DNA from: Okeania sp.
GTDB taxonomy: Bacteria; Cyanobacteriota; Cyanobacteriia; Cyanobacteriales; Microcoleaceae
Direction of reading: 5' to 3'
Length of the DNA stretch: 32,000 bases
Assembly (NCBI RefSeq): GCF_035285525.1
Contig: NZ_JAYKGW010000176.1
Span: 1-32,000, forward strand
Shown in pieces: positions 18,102-26,639 of the stretch (positions are counted from its first letter, which is position 1; each line of letters begins with the position of its first letter). A program made the translations under genes and the position numbers. The notes beneath the pieces were generated by a model. The model was not told where the DNA came from. It worked only from the letters and a program-made list of their open reading frames with translations, and made no database searches.

Positions 18102-18432
18102 CAGGACTTCAGCAAAGGTACTAATATATAGATTAAAAAAACTATTGCGCAATAGTTTATATATAGATTATTGGTGCGTTACTCAGTGCGCTTTTTCGTA
18201 TAGAGAATGTTCCGCAAATATGTCGCGTAGCGTTTCGCTGACATATAAAGGGGAGCTTTGCGGAACGCAAAACGCACCCTACTGGATCGACACACCTAAA
18301 ACTATGCAGAGGGATTTTTTCTCCCTTACCACCTTGTCTTCCTTGTCTTCCTTGTCTACCCATAACCAAAAAGTAACGCACCATTTAAGGTGTGTCAGTC
18401 TACTACCAATAGGGTTGATGCGTAAGTCCTAT
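18102..18432. mobile_element. ~330-bp composite MITE-like element with CAGGACTT(A/C)...GCGTAAGTCCT termini
   Basis: Termini are caggacttcagca (18102-) and tgcgtaagtcctat (-18432). The interior holds a 20-bp perfect palindrome (18139-18158), ggtgcgttac/acgcaccctac inverted motifs and (CTTGTCTTC)x3. Related fragments lie at 802-872, 11641-11850, 21571-21715, 23561-23580, about 26121-26192 and 31827-31870. Confidence 0.7.
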
Positions 18433-18963
18433 AAATAATTACTTCGCAACAAAACCCCTTTTTTGAAATTATGAAATTCCTTAATTTTTTGTAATAACTA
18501 CCTATAACCTATTCCTGACGTTTTTTTTTACTTTTAGTAACTAAGGTGTATACCTAAGAAAAGTTGTCGCTTTTCCGGAAAATAATTACTATAGAAATAT
18601 AAGAAAAAAACTCTTTTAATAAAATTATTTTGACAAAAACCATGAAGCAGAAAAAGCGAAAAAATAGCTCATAAATATTAGGAATAAATATACAGTAGAT
18701 TCCACCAGGTGTGAGGTAAAACCATCGGGGGCTTTCCGGCCTGCTACTTGTGACATTTAATTCTGAATACCTGTACTTCATATACCTGGAATAAGCTGTA
18801 TTTGAGATTCCTGGGTATCAAAAAAACTTGATAAAAAAAAGGATTTACATACAACATATTTCTGACAAATGATGTACAACTTTGGATAGTAAAAGTTTTA
18901 TATTGTCCGTATATTGCAAGCTAAATGTTGTACCTCATCACAGTGGAAAGTGCTGTTTGATTT

Positions 18964-19100
18964 ACCAAAAAATGAGGTATAAAACCTCCCCTTGTTCCGG
19001 GATGAAAAAAATTTAACACGGTTGCCGATAAATCAGTATTTCAAGTCTCCAACTCAAGTCGGAGGTTCACTCCCTAGTGATAACTGATAACTGATAACTA
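18964..19100. repeat. ~130-bp repeat with a conserved hairpin and (GATAACT)n heptamer tail, copy 1 (ends 40 nt upstream of ppsA)
   Basis: Aligns along its length with 29138-29256: accaaaaaat.agg.tat...gatgaaaaaaat.tttaac...ctcc.a.t..agtcggaggtt.c.ctc..t.gataactgataactga. Confidence 0.75.
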
Positions 19101-19140
19101 AAATGATTCCTTCTTACTTCTTCTAGGAGAAATAAAAACC

Positions 19141-21570
19141 ATGACAAACATATTAGCAATTCAACAAAGAACCGCTTCTGTTAAAGAAAAATCTTTAATA
19201 TTATGGTTTGATGAACTTAGTATTAATGACATCCCATTAGTAGGAGGTAAAAACGCCTCCCTAGGGGAAATGCTCCAACAACTTACCCCCAAAGGTATCA
19301 ATATTCCCAACGGTTTTGCTACCACTGCTTATGCTTACCGTTACTTCATCGAAACAGCAGGTCTAGAAACCAAACTGCGTCAACTATTTGCCGATCTTGA
19401 TGTAGAAGATATCAAAAACTTGCAACAACGGGGCAAAAAAGCACGAGCATTAATAATGAATACACCCTTTCCAGCAGAACTGGAACAAGCGATCGCTATC
19501 AGTTATGAAGCTCTCTGTTACCTATATGATCAAGACACAGATGTAGCAGTCCGTTCCAGTGCAACTGCCGAAGATCTACCCGATGCCAGTTTTGCCGGAC
19601 AACAAGAAACCTACCTGAATATTCACGGGATTAAAAGTGTTCTCAAAGCAGCTCATAAATGTTTTGCTTCCATATTCACAGACCGTGCTATCTCCTACCG
19701 TACTACCAGAAACTTCGACCATTTTGATGTTGCTCTCTCGGTTGGCATTCAAAAAATGGTGCGTTCCGATCTCGCAACATCCGGTGTCATGTTTTCCATC
19801 GACACCGAAACTGGATTTAAAAATGCTGCCTTAATCACAGCAGCTTATGGTTTAGGAGAAAACGTTGTGCAAGGTGCAGTCAACCCCGATGAATATCTAG
19901 TATTTAAACCCACACTCCGGGAAGGTTTCCGCACTATTCTTAATAAACGCCTCGGCAGCAAAGCAGTCAAAATGGTTTACGATGGCGGTAACTCTACCAA
20001 AAATGTACCCGTACCCGAACGAAAGCAACAACAGTTTGCCTTAACTGATGAGGAAATTTTACAACTTGCTCAGTGGACCGTAGTTATCGAAGATCACTAT
20101 TCCCAAGTGCGGGGGAGTTATACCCCAATGGATATTGAGTGGGCAAAAGATGGTATCAATGACACTTTATACATTGTGCAAGCGCGACCAGAAACTGTGC
20201 AATCTCAAAAATCTGGGAATGTGCTGCGTACTTATCAGTTGCAGAAGCAGGGAGAAATTTTGGTTACAGGTCGTGCTGTCGGGGAAGCGATCGCTCAAGG
20301 TAAGGTTCGGGTGATTCTGGATACCGATAAAATTCACGAGTTTCAAGCAGGGGAAGTATTGGTGACAAACAAAACTGACCCCGACTGGGAACCTATTATG
20401 AAAAAAGCGAGGGCGATAGTTACTAACCAAGGTGGTCGTACTTGTCATGCTGCTATTATTGCGCGGGAGATGGGTATTCCAGCGATCGTTGGTTGTGAAA
20501 ATGCGACTAAACTATTGCGCAATAGTTTTGAAGTAACTATTTCTTGTGCGGAGGGAGAAGTCGGAACAGTTTATCAAGGTTTGCTCCCGTTTGAGGTTGT
20601 GGAAACTGTGTTGGATGATATTCCCAAAACTCGCACTGGTATTTTGATGAATGTGGGCAACCCAGAAGAGGCGTTGCGGTTATCGGCAGTTCCTTGTGAT
20701 GGTGTAGGTTTAGCACGGTTAGAATTTGTAATTGCTAATCATATCGGGGTGCATCCGTTAGCATTACTAAATTTTGACCAAGTGGCAGATGAGGTGGAAA
20801 AGATAAAAATTGCTGAGTTAACCAGAGGATATGAATGTAAGGCAGATTTCTTTATTGATCGCCTAGCTTATGGTATGGGAGCGATCGCTGCTGCTTTTTA
20901 TCCGAAACCTGTGATTGTCCGGATGAGTGATTTTAAGAGTAATGAATACGCTAACTTATTGGGAGGAAAACAGTTTGAACCCGATGAAGAAAATCCCATG
21001 ATTGGTTGGCGGGGTGCATCTCGTTATTATCATCCCAAATATCGGTCAGCTTTTGGTTTAGAATGTTTGGCGCTGAAGCGAGTCCGGGATGAAATGGGAT
21101 TGGCAAATGTGATTCCGATGATTCCGTTTTGTCGCACGCCCCAGGAAGGAATTAAGGTATTGGAGGAGATGAGTAAACATGGTTTGGCAAGGGGTAAGAA
21201 TAGTTTGCAGGTTTATGTGATGTGTGAGTTACCCAGTAATGTGATGTTGATGGAACAGTTTGCTCAAATATTTGATGGGTTTTCCATTGGGTCGAATGAT
21301 TTGACTCAGTTGGTATTGGGTTTAGACCGAGATTCTGCATTGGTGGCAGATGTTTTTGATGAACGCAATGATGCTGTGCGTAAGATGATTCGGATGGCGA
21401 TTACTGTTGCTCACGAATGGGGGCGTAAAATTGGTATTTGTGGTCAAGCGCCGAGTGATTATCCTGAGTTTGCCGAATTTTTGGTAGAGTTGGGGATTGA
21501 TTCGATTAGCTTAAATCCTGATTCTGTTTTGAAGACTCGATTTGAGGTAGCTAGGTTGGAAGGATTATAG
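19141..21570 (+). CDS. ppsA: Phosphoenolpyruvate synthase (pyruvate, water dikinase)
   Basis: 809 aa with VGGKNASLGEM, VAVRSSATAEDLPDASFAGQQETYLN, catalytic His context GGRTCHAAIIAREMGIPA and a C-terminal PEP-utilising TIM domain (GFSIGSNDLTQ). Confidence 0.97.
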   Translation: MTNILAIQQRTASVKEKSLILWFDELSINDIPLVGGKNASLGEMLQQLTPKGINIPNGFATTAYAYRYFIETAGLETKLRQLFADLDVEDIKNLQQRGKKARALIMNTPFPAELEQAIAISYEALCYLYDQDTDVAVRSSATAEDLPDASFAGQQETYLNIHGIKSVLKAAHKCFASIFTDRAISYRTTRNFDHFDVALSVGIQKMVRSDLATSGVMFSIDTETGFKNAALITAAYGLGENVVQGAVNPDEYLVFKPTLREGFRTILNKRLGSKAVKMVYDGGNSTKNVPVPERKQQQFALTDEEILQLAQWTVVIEDHYSQVRGSYTPMDIEWAKDGINDTLYIVQARPETVQSQKSGNVLRTYQLQKQGEILVTGRAVGEAIAQGKVRVILDTDKIHEFQAGEVLVTNKTDPDWEPIMKKARAIVTNQGGRTCHAAIIAREMGIPAIVGCENATKLLRNSFEVTISCAEGEVGTVYQGLLPFEVVETVLDDIPKTRTGILMNVGNPEEALRLSAVPCDGVGLARLEFVIANHIGVHPLALLNFDQVADEVEKIKIAELTRGYECKADFFIDRLAYGMGAIAAAFYPKPVIVRMSDFKSNEYANLLGGKQFEPDEENPMIGWRGASRYYHPKYRSAFGLECLALKRVRDEMGLANVIPMIPFCRTPQEGIKVLEEMSKHGLARGKNSLQVYVMCELPSNVMLMEQFAQIFDGFSIGSNDLTQLVLGLDRDSALVADVFDERNDAVRKMIRMAITVAHEWGRKIGICGQAPSDYPEFAEFLVELGIDSISLNPDSVLKTRFEVARLEGL

Positions 21571-21715
21571 AAGCCCCTAACCATATCTATAAAATTAGGT
21601 AGGGTGATAGGGTGATGGGGGGTTATTTTTCTTCCCCCTCTTCCCCCTCTTCCTTGTCTTCCCCTTCTTTTTTTCTCTAGTGACAAATAGTACCTTTGCC
21701 TAAGTCCTGTAAAAT
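21571..21715. repeat. Inverted fragment of the CAGGACTT-family element with C/T-rich tandem repeats
   Basis: ggtagggtgatagggtgatgggg and agtacctttgcctaagtcctg are reverse complements of the left end of 18071-18122. cttccccctcttccccctcttccttgtcttcc repeats are also present. Confidence 0.65.
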
Positions 21716-21726
21716 TAAGATCACAA

Positions 21727-21824
21727 TAGACATCTCCAAAAATAAAAAATTAAATCAATTATCGGACAGAAATCATCTATTCTTTTCCCCTACTTCCTAC
21801 TCCCTCTTTTCTGGAGATGGCAAT
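21727..21824. mobile_element. TAGACATCTCCA MITE family, copy 2 (right terminus degenerate)
   Basis: tagacatctccaaaaataaaaaattaaatcaattatcggacagaaatcat...ttttctggagatggcaat. Confidence 0.7.
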
Positions 21825-22046
21825 GAGAGAAAACCTTCTTTCTACCTCCTGTATCAGTGCCGTTTCTTCTGACTCCTGACTCTAAAATCTAACTTGTAAA
21901 TATTTAATTCCATTAAGATTTTAACCAGAGGTAATTATCAATTATCCATTAATAAACTTCTTCCCACTTCCGGTATAGTTATATATGAATTATTAAATTA
22001 TTCGGTAGATTGCCGTTAAAAGCCCTTAAAGGAAAATATCTATAAA

Positions 22047-23546
22047 ATGCTCAATGGTCTCATATTAATTCCACTTATAGGTGCAACCATTATTAGTTTT
22101 TGGCCAAGCACCCTTTCACCAAAATTAGCCCGTCAATTAGCCCTAATAGTGGCCATAATTACTTTAATATGGTCTGTCGTCCTACTTGTCCAATTTAATC
22201 CCCAAGATTCCCATCAACAATTCGTTTTTATACTTCCCTGGATAGACTCTCTGGGTTTAAGCTACTCCCTCGGAATAGACGGTTTATCCTTACCATTAGT
22301 AGTATTAAATGCTCTACTAACGGCTATTGCCATTTACGCTACAGATAAATCAATTAACAGACCTCGTTTTTATTACTCCCTCATTCTATTATTATCACTG
22401 AGCGTATTTGGAGCCTTTCTGGCTCAAGACCTACTACTATTTTTCATCTTCTACGAACTAGAATTAATTCCCTTATACCTATTAATAGCCATCTGGGGAG
22501 GACCAAGACGAGGTTACGCATCGACAAAATTTCTGATCTATACAGCCATTTCGGGAGTTTTAGTCTTAGCTGGATTTTTGGGAGTAGTCTGGTTCAGCGG
22601 TTCGTCCAATTTTGCCTACGACCAAGCAGTTGCTAATACCCTACCTTTAGGAACTCAACTATTATTATTAGGGGCAATAGTCATCGGGTTTGGCATTAAA
22701 ATTCCTTTAGTTCCTTTCCACACATGGTTGCCGGATGCTCACGTTGAAGCTTCTACACCAATTTCTGTACTTTTAGCAGGAGTTCTGTTAAAATTGGGAA
22801 CTTATGGTTTGCTGAGATTTGGATTAAATATGCTTCCGGAAGCTTGGGGTTATATTTCTCCTTGGTTAGCAATATGGGCGGTAGTTAGTGTGCTGTATGC
22901 TTCATTAATTGCTATTGCCCAAAAAGACATGAAAAAAATGGTCGCCTATAGTTCAGTTGGTCACATGGGTTACATTTTATTAGCTAGTGCTGCAGGAACT
23001 CCCCTCAGTATTTTAGGTACAGTATTCCAAATGGTAAGCCACGGTCTCATTTCTGCTTTACTATTTTTATTAGTGGGAGTAGTCTACAAAAAAGCTGGTA
23101 CTAGAGATATAGATGTCTTGCGTGGTTTATTAAATCCAGAACAAGGTTTACCAATGATTGGTAGTTTGATGATTTTGGGAGTAATGGCAAGTGCTGGTAT
23201 TCCGGGAATGGCTGGATTTATTTCCGAATTTTTAGTATTTAGAGGCAGTTTCAATGTTTTTACAGTTCCGACGCTTCTTTGTATGATTGGAACAGGATTA
23301 ACATCGGCGTATTTCTTGCTTTTAGCTAACCGAGTATTTTTTGGCAGGTTATCTCCAGTAGTTATTAATTTACCTTCTGTGCAATGGTCTGATAGAATAC
23401 CAGCAATTATTTTAGCAGTTTTGATTGTGATTTTAGGACTACAACCTAATTGGGTGGTGCGTTGGACTGAAACTGAAGCTAATAGCATGAGTATTGTCTC
23501 GCAGGTTGTTGAGAGGTCAGCGATCGCCTCAATAATTGATAATTAG
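22047..23546 (+). CDS. ndhD: NAD(P)H-quinone oxidoreductase chain 4 (NdhD family); likely the D4-type CO2-uptake paralog, given cupB downstream
   Basis: 499 aa with about 14 TM helices and conserved PLVPFHTWLPDAHVEASTPISVLLAGVLLKLGTYG and KKMVAYSSVGHMG. Confidence 0.9.
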   Translation: MLNGLILIPLIGATIISFWPSTLSPKLARQLALIVAIITLIWSVVLLVQFNPQDSHQQFVFILPWIDSLGLSYSLGIDGLSLPLVVLNALLTAIAIYATDKSINRPRFYYSLILLLSLSVFGAFLAQDLLLFFIFYELELIPLYLLIAIWGGPRRGYASTKFLIYTAISGVLVLAGFLGVVWFSGSSNFAYDQAVANTLPLGTQLLLLGAIVIGFGIKIPLVPFHTWLPDAHVEASTPISVLLAGVLLKLGTYGLLRFGLNMLPEAWGYISPWLAIWAVVSVLYASLIAIAQKDMKKMVAYSSVGHMGYILLASAAGTPLSILGTVFQMVSHGLISALLFLLVGVVYKKAGTRDIDVLRGLLNPEQGLPMIGSLMILGVMASAGIPGMAGFISEFLVFRGSFNVFTVPTLLCMIGTGLTSAYFLLLANRVFFGRLSPVVINLPSVQWSDRIPAIILAVLIVILGLQPNWVVRWTETEANSMSIVSQVVERSAIASIIDN

Positions 23547-23704
23547 GGTTTTCTGATTAAATCAGGACTTAGGCAAATTAGTAGAGGGCGAATACCATTC
23601 GCCCCTACAGATTATGTATATTTTCTTGTTGCTTAAATCCTAATAAATACCGCGATATTATACAGCAGATTTCATATCAGTGAAGCAAACATAAGACAGC
23701 CTAG

Positions 23705-23885
23705 AAGGCTGTGTTACAAAAGATGCAGAAATATGGAAAAAATTAGCTAGTTCTTGAATTTGATTTTCTGACAGTTAAGATTTGCCATTCAATACTTCAT
23801 AATAGGATAAATTAATTGCCTAAAAAAGGAACTGAATCTTGAAGAAAAAGTAGAGATTCTTCTTATAAAGCTTTCAGAAATTCGA
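23705..23885 (-). pseudogene. Relic of an XRE-family HTH gene (stops and frameshift)
   Basis: Minus-strand frames read FLKAL*EESLLFLQDS.. and then, in another frame, AINLSYYEVLNGKS*LSENQIQELANFFHISASF, a typical HTH_XRE layout. Confidence 0.35.
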
Positions 23886-24059
23886 CACCACAAATATTAG
23901 GAATTAGTTCCTATTTTTATTCATAGTTTATAAACTATAGCAATACTAAATAGGTTGCGATAATAAATCAAAAAGTCAATAAAACAACTGATTTATCGGG
24001 AACCGTAACTTTTACCTATTTCCTGTTCCCTATTCCCTAGCGCGTAGCGCCATAAAAAA

Positions 24060-24339
24060 ATGAGTGTTAATGTGAAATTTCCAGAATAATTGTTGATTGC
24101 TTGTCGTGAAGAAAAAGAAGTTTTTCAGCGACGAGTAATGGTTTTAACTTTGGGTAAACTTTATGAGGAAGGAAAAATTTCATCAGGAGTTGGTTCGGAG
24201 ATTTTGGGATGCGATCGCGCTCGAGTTTTATCGTCTAATTAGCGAACCAGGTTTTGGTGTTATTAACTAGAGCTTCTGCTGAGTTTGAGGAAGAAGCAAA
24301 GACGAGTCGGGATTTAGGTGAGAAATTGTCTGGTCTATG
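24060..24339 (+). pseudogene. Decayed UPF0175-family antitoxin
   Basis: Reads MSVNVKFPE*LLIACREEKEVFQRRVMVLTLGKLYEEGKISSGVGSEILGCDRA, then frame changes to EFYRLISEPGFGVIN* and AEFEEEAKTSRDLGEKLSGL*. The terminal TGA overlaps the next ATG (ATGA at 24337-24340). Confidence 0.65.
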
Positions 24340-24809
24340 AAAGTTGTTGTTAATGCTATCTAATTGCTTTGGCTATCTTACAACGTTTGGAACTTTTGCC
24401 CCAGTTATTTCAGGAAGTTTTTGTCCCTCCTATTGTTTTTCAAGAAGTGGCCATTCAGGGTGCTAATAGACCAGGTAGGGGGAATATTGCTAGTCAGACA
24501 CAGATGATTATCCAAGCTCCCGAAGCTAATTCAACTATCGAACCTCTGCTTCTAGGATTAGATGCTGGAAAATTTCAGGTCATTTTGTGAGGCCGTGAAC
24601 TCGAAGCTGATTGGGTATTAATTGATGAGCGTTTGGGAAGGCGTGTTGCTCTAAATTTAGGTTTGCCAGTGAAGGGAACTTTGGGAGTTTTGCTGGTAGC
24701 TTTTCATGCAGGTATGATTTCTAAGATAGAAGCAAAAGAATCAGTACAGGAATTAGTTAGAAATGGGCTTCGTCTTAGTTCCCAACTAATAGAAATGTTT
24801 GCATCATAG
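24337..24809 (+). pseudogene. Decayed DUF3368 (PIN-like) toxin
   Basis: Reads MKVVVNAI* then, after a frameshift, IALAILQRLELLPQLFQEVFVPPIVFQEV...LDAGKFQVIL*(TGA 24588-24590)GRELEADWVLIDERLGRRVALNLGLPVKGTLGVLLVAFHAGMI... Confidence 0.7.
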
Positions 24810-24987
24810 TTGGACAAATTTTAGAAGAGGCGTTCATTAATTGATATATGATTATGTTATAATAAGGCGCTACAAATTTATGATGTAGAAGTTCCTAATA
24901 ATCTCGACTCAGCTATATTTTAATTTTACTAAATATGAGTCTTATTTTATAAACAGATAATAACCAACTAATTTAGGGAAAAACAGT

Positions 24988-26118
24988 ATGACAAACACAA
25001 TTTTAAAATCTCAAAAACATCCACTTTCAGAATATATTAATCGCTTAAAATCTGGTCAAGCTCTATTAAAAGATAGCCCAGAAAATGTCTTAGAAGTTGT
25101 GGGAATTTTGAAAAGTTATGGCATTGTTTTAGATGCTTATTCTAAAAATCTTAATTACATTGCCGAATATCAATTTTTAGAAATGTTTCCCTTCTTTAAA
25201 TACTTTAATGGGGAAATTTCAGTAGATAAATATTTCAAGTTTATGTGGCATGACAGAATTAATTTTGAATATGCAGAATATTGCATGAAAGGAATGTTAT
25301 GGCATGGAGGTGGAGGTCTAGATAAATATTTAGATTCAGACCAATTTAAACAATTAGCAAAAGCAGCAATAGATGCCAAAGCTATAGGGAATTTAGTCTT
25401 AATGCCACTTAATAAATTATTTCCAGATTTTTTACCAGATTTGGTACGTCAACAAGCTTACTATAGTGGTTTAGGTCAATTTTGGCGGGTAATGAGTGAT
25501 ATTTTTATGACCTTATCTGATAAATATGACCAAGGTAGAATGACATCTATTCCTCAAGTAGTAGAGCATATTTTATCAGGGTTAGTTGCAGCAGCAAATT
25601 TACCAATTACTTTTGCTGTAAATATTAAAGGTAAACATTATGAAATAATTCCTAAATCAGTAGGTTTAACATTTTTAATGGATACAGCAGTTCCTTATGT
25701 TGAAGCAATTTTTTTCCGAGGAACTCCATTTTTAGGAACAGTTTCTTATAATGCTCAAGCTCAACAAATCAACCCCGATCAAAGTCAATTTACTTATGGT
25801 GCTTTATATGCCGATCCTTTACCTATTGGTGGTGCTGGTATTCCACCTACATTATTAATGCAAGATATGCGACATTTTTTACCAGATTATCTTCTAGAAG
25901 TTTATTACAAAACTAACCGAGGTACAGATAATTTACGAGTGAAAATTTGTGAGACTTTTCAAAAGTCAATGTTCTGTGTCACAACCGCAGCAGTTTTGGG
26001 TTTAGCACCTCATCCTTTAGATACAGAAAACCCAGAGGAACAAGCAGCAAATCAAAGTTATTTAGAATATTGGATGGATAGATTTTTAACATCAAGATTA
26101 CAAGTTGTGAATAGTTAG
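24988..26118 (+). CDS. cupB: CO2 hydration protein of the NDH-1 CO2-uptake complex (CupB/ChpX-type by length and ndhD linkage)
   Basis: 376 aa. The N-terminal LSEYINRLKSGQALLKDSPENVLEVVGILKSYG and the rest match my memory of the ChpX/ChpY family. It is shorter than typical CupA. Confidence 0.8.
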   Translation: MTNTILKSQKHPLSEYINRLKSGQALLKDSPENVLEVVGILKSYGIVLDAYSKNLNYIAEYQFLEMFPFFKYFNGEISVDKYFKFMWHDRINFEYAEYCMKGMLWHGGGGLDKYLDSDQFKQLAKAAIDAKAIGNLVLMPLNKLFPDFLPDLVRQQAYYSGLGQFWRVMSDIFMTLSDKYDQGRMTSIPQVVEHILSGLVAAANLPITFAVNIKGKHYEIIPKSVGLTFLMDTAVPYVEAIFFRGTPFLGTVSYNAQAQQINPDQSQFTYGALYADPLPIGGAGIPPTLLMQDMRHFLPDYLLEVYYKTNRGTDNLRVKICETFQKSMFCVTTAAVLGLAPHPLDTENPEEQAANQSYLEYWMDRFLTSRLQVVNS

Positions 26119-26195
26119 TTATTAGAACTTACGCAAATAAACCCGGTTTATAGGAGAAACCGGGTTTCTAGTTTCCCCTAGCGAAGTCCTGTTAT

Positions 26196-26284
26196 TAGAC
26201 ATCTCCAAAAATTAAAAAGATCATCAATTATTATCTGGAAATAATTAATTACTCCCCCTGTTTCCTCTTTTATGGAGATGTCTA
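26196..26284. mobile_element. TAGACATCTCCA MITE family, copy 3
   Basis: tagacatctccaaaaattaaaaagatcatcaattattatctggaaataattaattactccccc...ttttatggagatgtcta. Confidence 0.8.
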
Positions 26285-26639
26285 TTTGATAATTTCTAAC
26301 AATTATAACTACTTTAGCAATCCTATTTCAAAGGAAGAAGAAAGAAGAAGGAAAAAACCTTTAATAACAAGGAATAAATAATAGAGATAACTATCTAAAA
26401 TTAATGAGAGCAGCTATCTTTTAAAAATTTATGATCGACATCTACCTTTTGTAGCATTCTTTTTTCAAAATGGTATTATGGAGAAACCGAGTTTATGAAC
26501 TATTTTTTTTGGTTTTAACCAAAATATCACGGCAATAAACCCGGTTTCAGTCAAATTAACCATTATCAAAATTCTCACAAATAATTTAGAATTGCTATTC
26601 TATATTTGTCTACCATTCTATTCATAAATAATCAGAAGA

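Noticed and set aside
18049-18438. 129-aa (+) and 75-aa (-) ORFs across the 18102-18432 element
   Set aside because: They span a repeat element with inverted termini and CTTGTCTTC repeats. The translations (SLSSLS / GRQGRQGRQ) mirror those of the other repeat copies, and there is no start context or domain.
18695-18730. Yfr1-like sRNA motif (minus strand ...uuaccucacaccugg...)
   Set aside because: Only CCUCACAC matches the conserved ACUCCUCACAC core. I could not find the two flanking stem-loops or a terminator, so it is most likely a chance match.
21459-21686. 75-aa ORF (minus strand) overlapping the ppsA 3' end, RGRQGRGGRGGRK
   Set aside because: Half is antisense to ppsA and the rest is the C/T-rich tandem repeat. 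This is the same artefact as above.
23084-23488. 134-aa ORF antisense inside ndhD. Similar antisense or overlapping ORFs lie at 2668-2892, 4066-4251, 5372-5566, 7758-8069, 8007-8228, 9020-9211, 9403-9585, 10203-10421, 13401-13589, 13538-13762, 17185-17373, 19637-19834, 20167-20448, 21152-21340, 25170-25379, 30292-30495 and 31017-31256
   Set aside because: Each is nested in, or out of frame with, a strongly supported CDS and has no recognisable motif. These are typical shadow ORFs.
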